Origin: Octopus vulgaris
Taxonomy: Eukaryota
NCBI GenBank assembly: GCA_951406725.2
Contig: OX597829.1
Location: forward strand, 8,680,001-8,744,000
Direction: 5' to 3'
Length of the DNA stretch: 64,000 nucleotides
In this document: positions 63,241 to 64,000 of the stretch, piece after piece
Position numbering within the stretch: the stretch's first letter is position 1
How the letters are laid out: each line of letters begins with the position of its first letter
Program-made: the position numbers and the translations under genes
The notes under the pieces: generated by a model
What the model saw: the letters and a program-made list of their open reading frames with translations, nothing else
Told to the model about the DNA's origin: nothing
Databases searched by the model: none

Positions 63241-64000
63241 ATGAGTCAGTCCATCTTTGGTCACCTGGGTCGACTTCGAAGCAAGGCTACATACTCAACG
63301 ACTTCAGGTCACTAAATATAAGTGTAGTGGCCATCAGCGATACCAGAGTTTTCGATTCACTGGATTTCATGCTCATTTATTGTGAATACGGGATTTAGTC
63401 ATGTCTTCATCTACCGGGAAGGGGTGATGGCGATGCGGTATTGTTTCGGAGTGGTCTGGACATATGGTACGTTCCACCTTCTTGGACACGGGTTAACAGG
63501 TGTTTCTGGATATGAAGAGTAGCGAAGAAAGGTGCCTTCAGATTGGTATCTGTTTATGATTTGACAGGGTCACGACAAGCAGATTTCTTCAGGCGTCTGG
63601 TGGTTTTCTTAGGGATGTACAATCTTTAGTGCTAGTAAGCGACTGGCACATCATCTTGTGTACGTTTGGAGTGTTCGGGGCTAGTTTATTAGAGAGTGGA
63701 TGCAAAAATGTCGCAATCCTGCTCAAATGTTTCCAAATATCTGGCAGGTGTCAACTGGATTTTCCAAATGTGTCAATGTGGACATTAACAAACCGCCTCG
63801 GTTCATCTAGGTCATATCCAGATAGAGTATTGTATAGCCAGTAGATAAAGATAACATAGGCTTTCCAATTTCAAAATCTTTGGCTACACAGTAAAAGATT
63901 TGCGATCTGTATGGTTAGGCTAGATAAGGTTTTGTAGGCAGGGACCCGGTTACTAGGAAGTGAACATATCAATCCCGGTACGTGGAGCTTACAAAGCCTG
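63241..64000 (+). mobile_element. Degenerate Tx1-like ORF2 endonuclease region; continues beyond the window
   Basis: KQGYILNDFRSL..VVAISDTR, AFRLVSVY, LVSDW, WTLTNRLGSSRSYPDRVL. Confidence 0.88.

Overview
Eukaryotic, AT-rich, microsatellite-dense and almost entirely repeat-derived window. The repeat content (tRNA-head SINEs with Meta/CORE-like domains, abundant (TA)n/(GATA)n, marine-invertebrate LINE clades) suggests a coleoid cephalopod, probably Octopus; this is inference only. I found no convincing host protein-coding exon. Contents: six Tx1/L1-clade LINE copies from several diverged families (one near full length at about 17.0-22.4 kb, one well preserved and 5'-truncated at 29.3-34.0 kb, one apparently ORF1-only at 0.7-2.6 kb), Penelope-like elements of two clades with hammerhead-ribozyme relics, several R4/Dong-like REL LINE fragments, CR1 and RTE relics, a decayed Ty3/Gypsy element with one LTR and PBS, mariner and maT transposons (one full-length with TIRs and TA TSD), Helitron/Helentron-type elements, SINEs and several foldback palindromes. 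Most interesting: (1) the Tx1 ORF1-ORF2 spacers share a splice-like architecture, with the ORF1 stop inside GTAAGT, then a pyrimidine tract, then AG|N-NNN-ATG. Excision would fuse ORF1 to ORF2 in frame, but the segments are very short (33-59 nt). (2) These Tx1 elements appear to target (GATA)n microsatellites. (3) A tRNA-like Pol III promoter sits upstream of a hammerhead motif in a Penelope 3' region. (4) An ORF1-only Tx1 derivative. All calls were made by eye; boundaries of degenerate relics are approximate.
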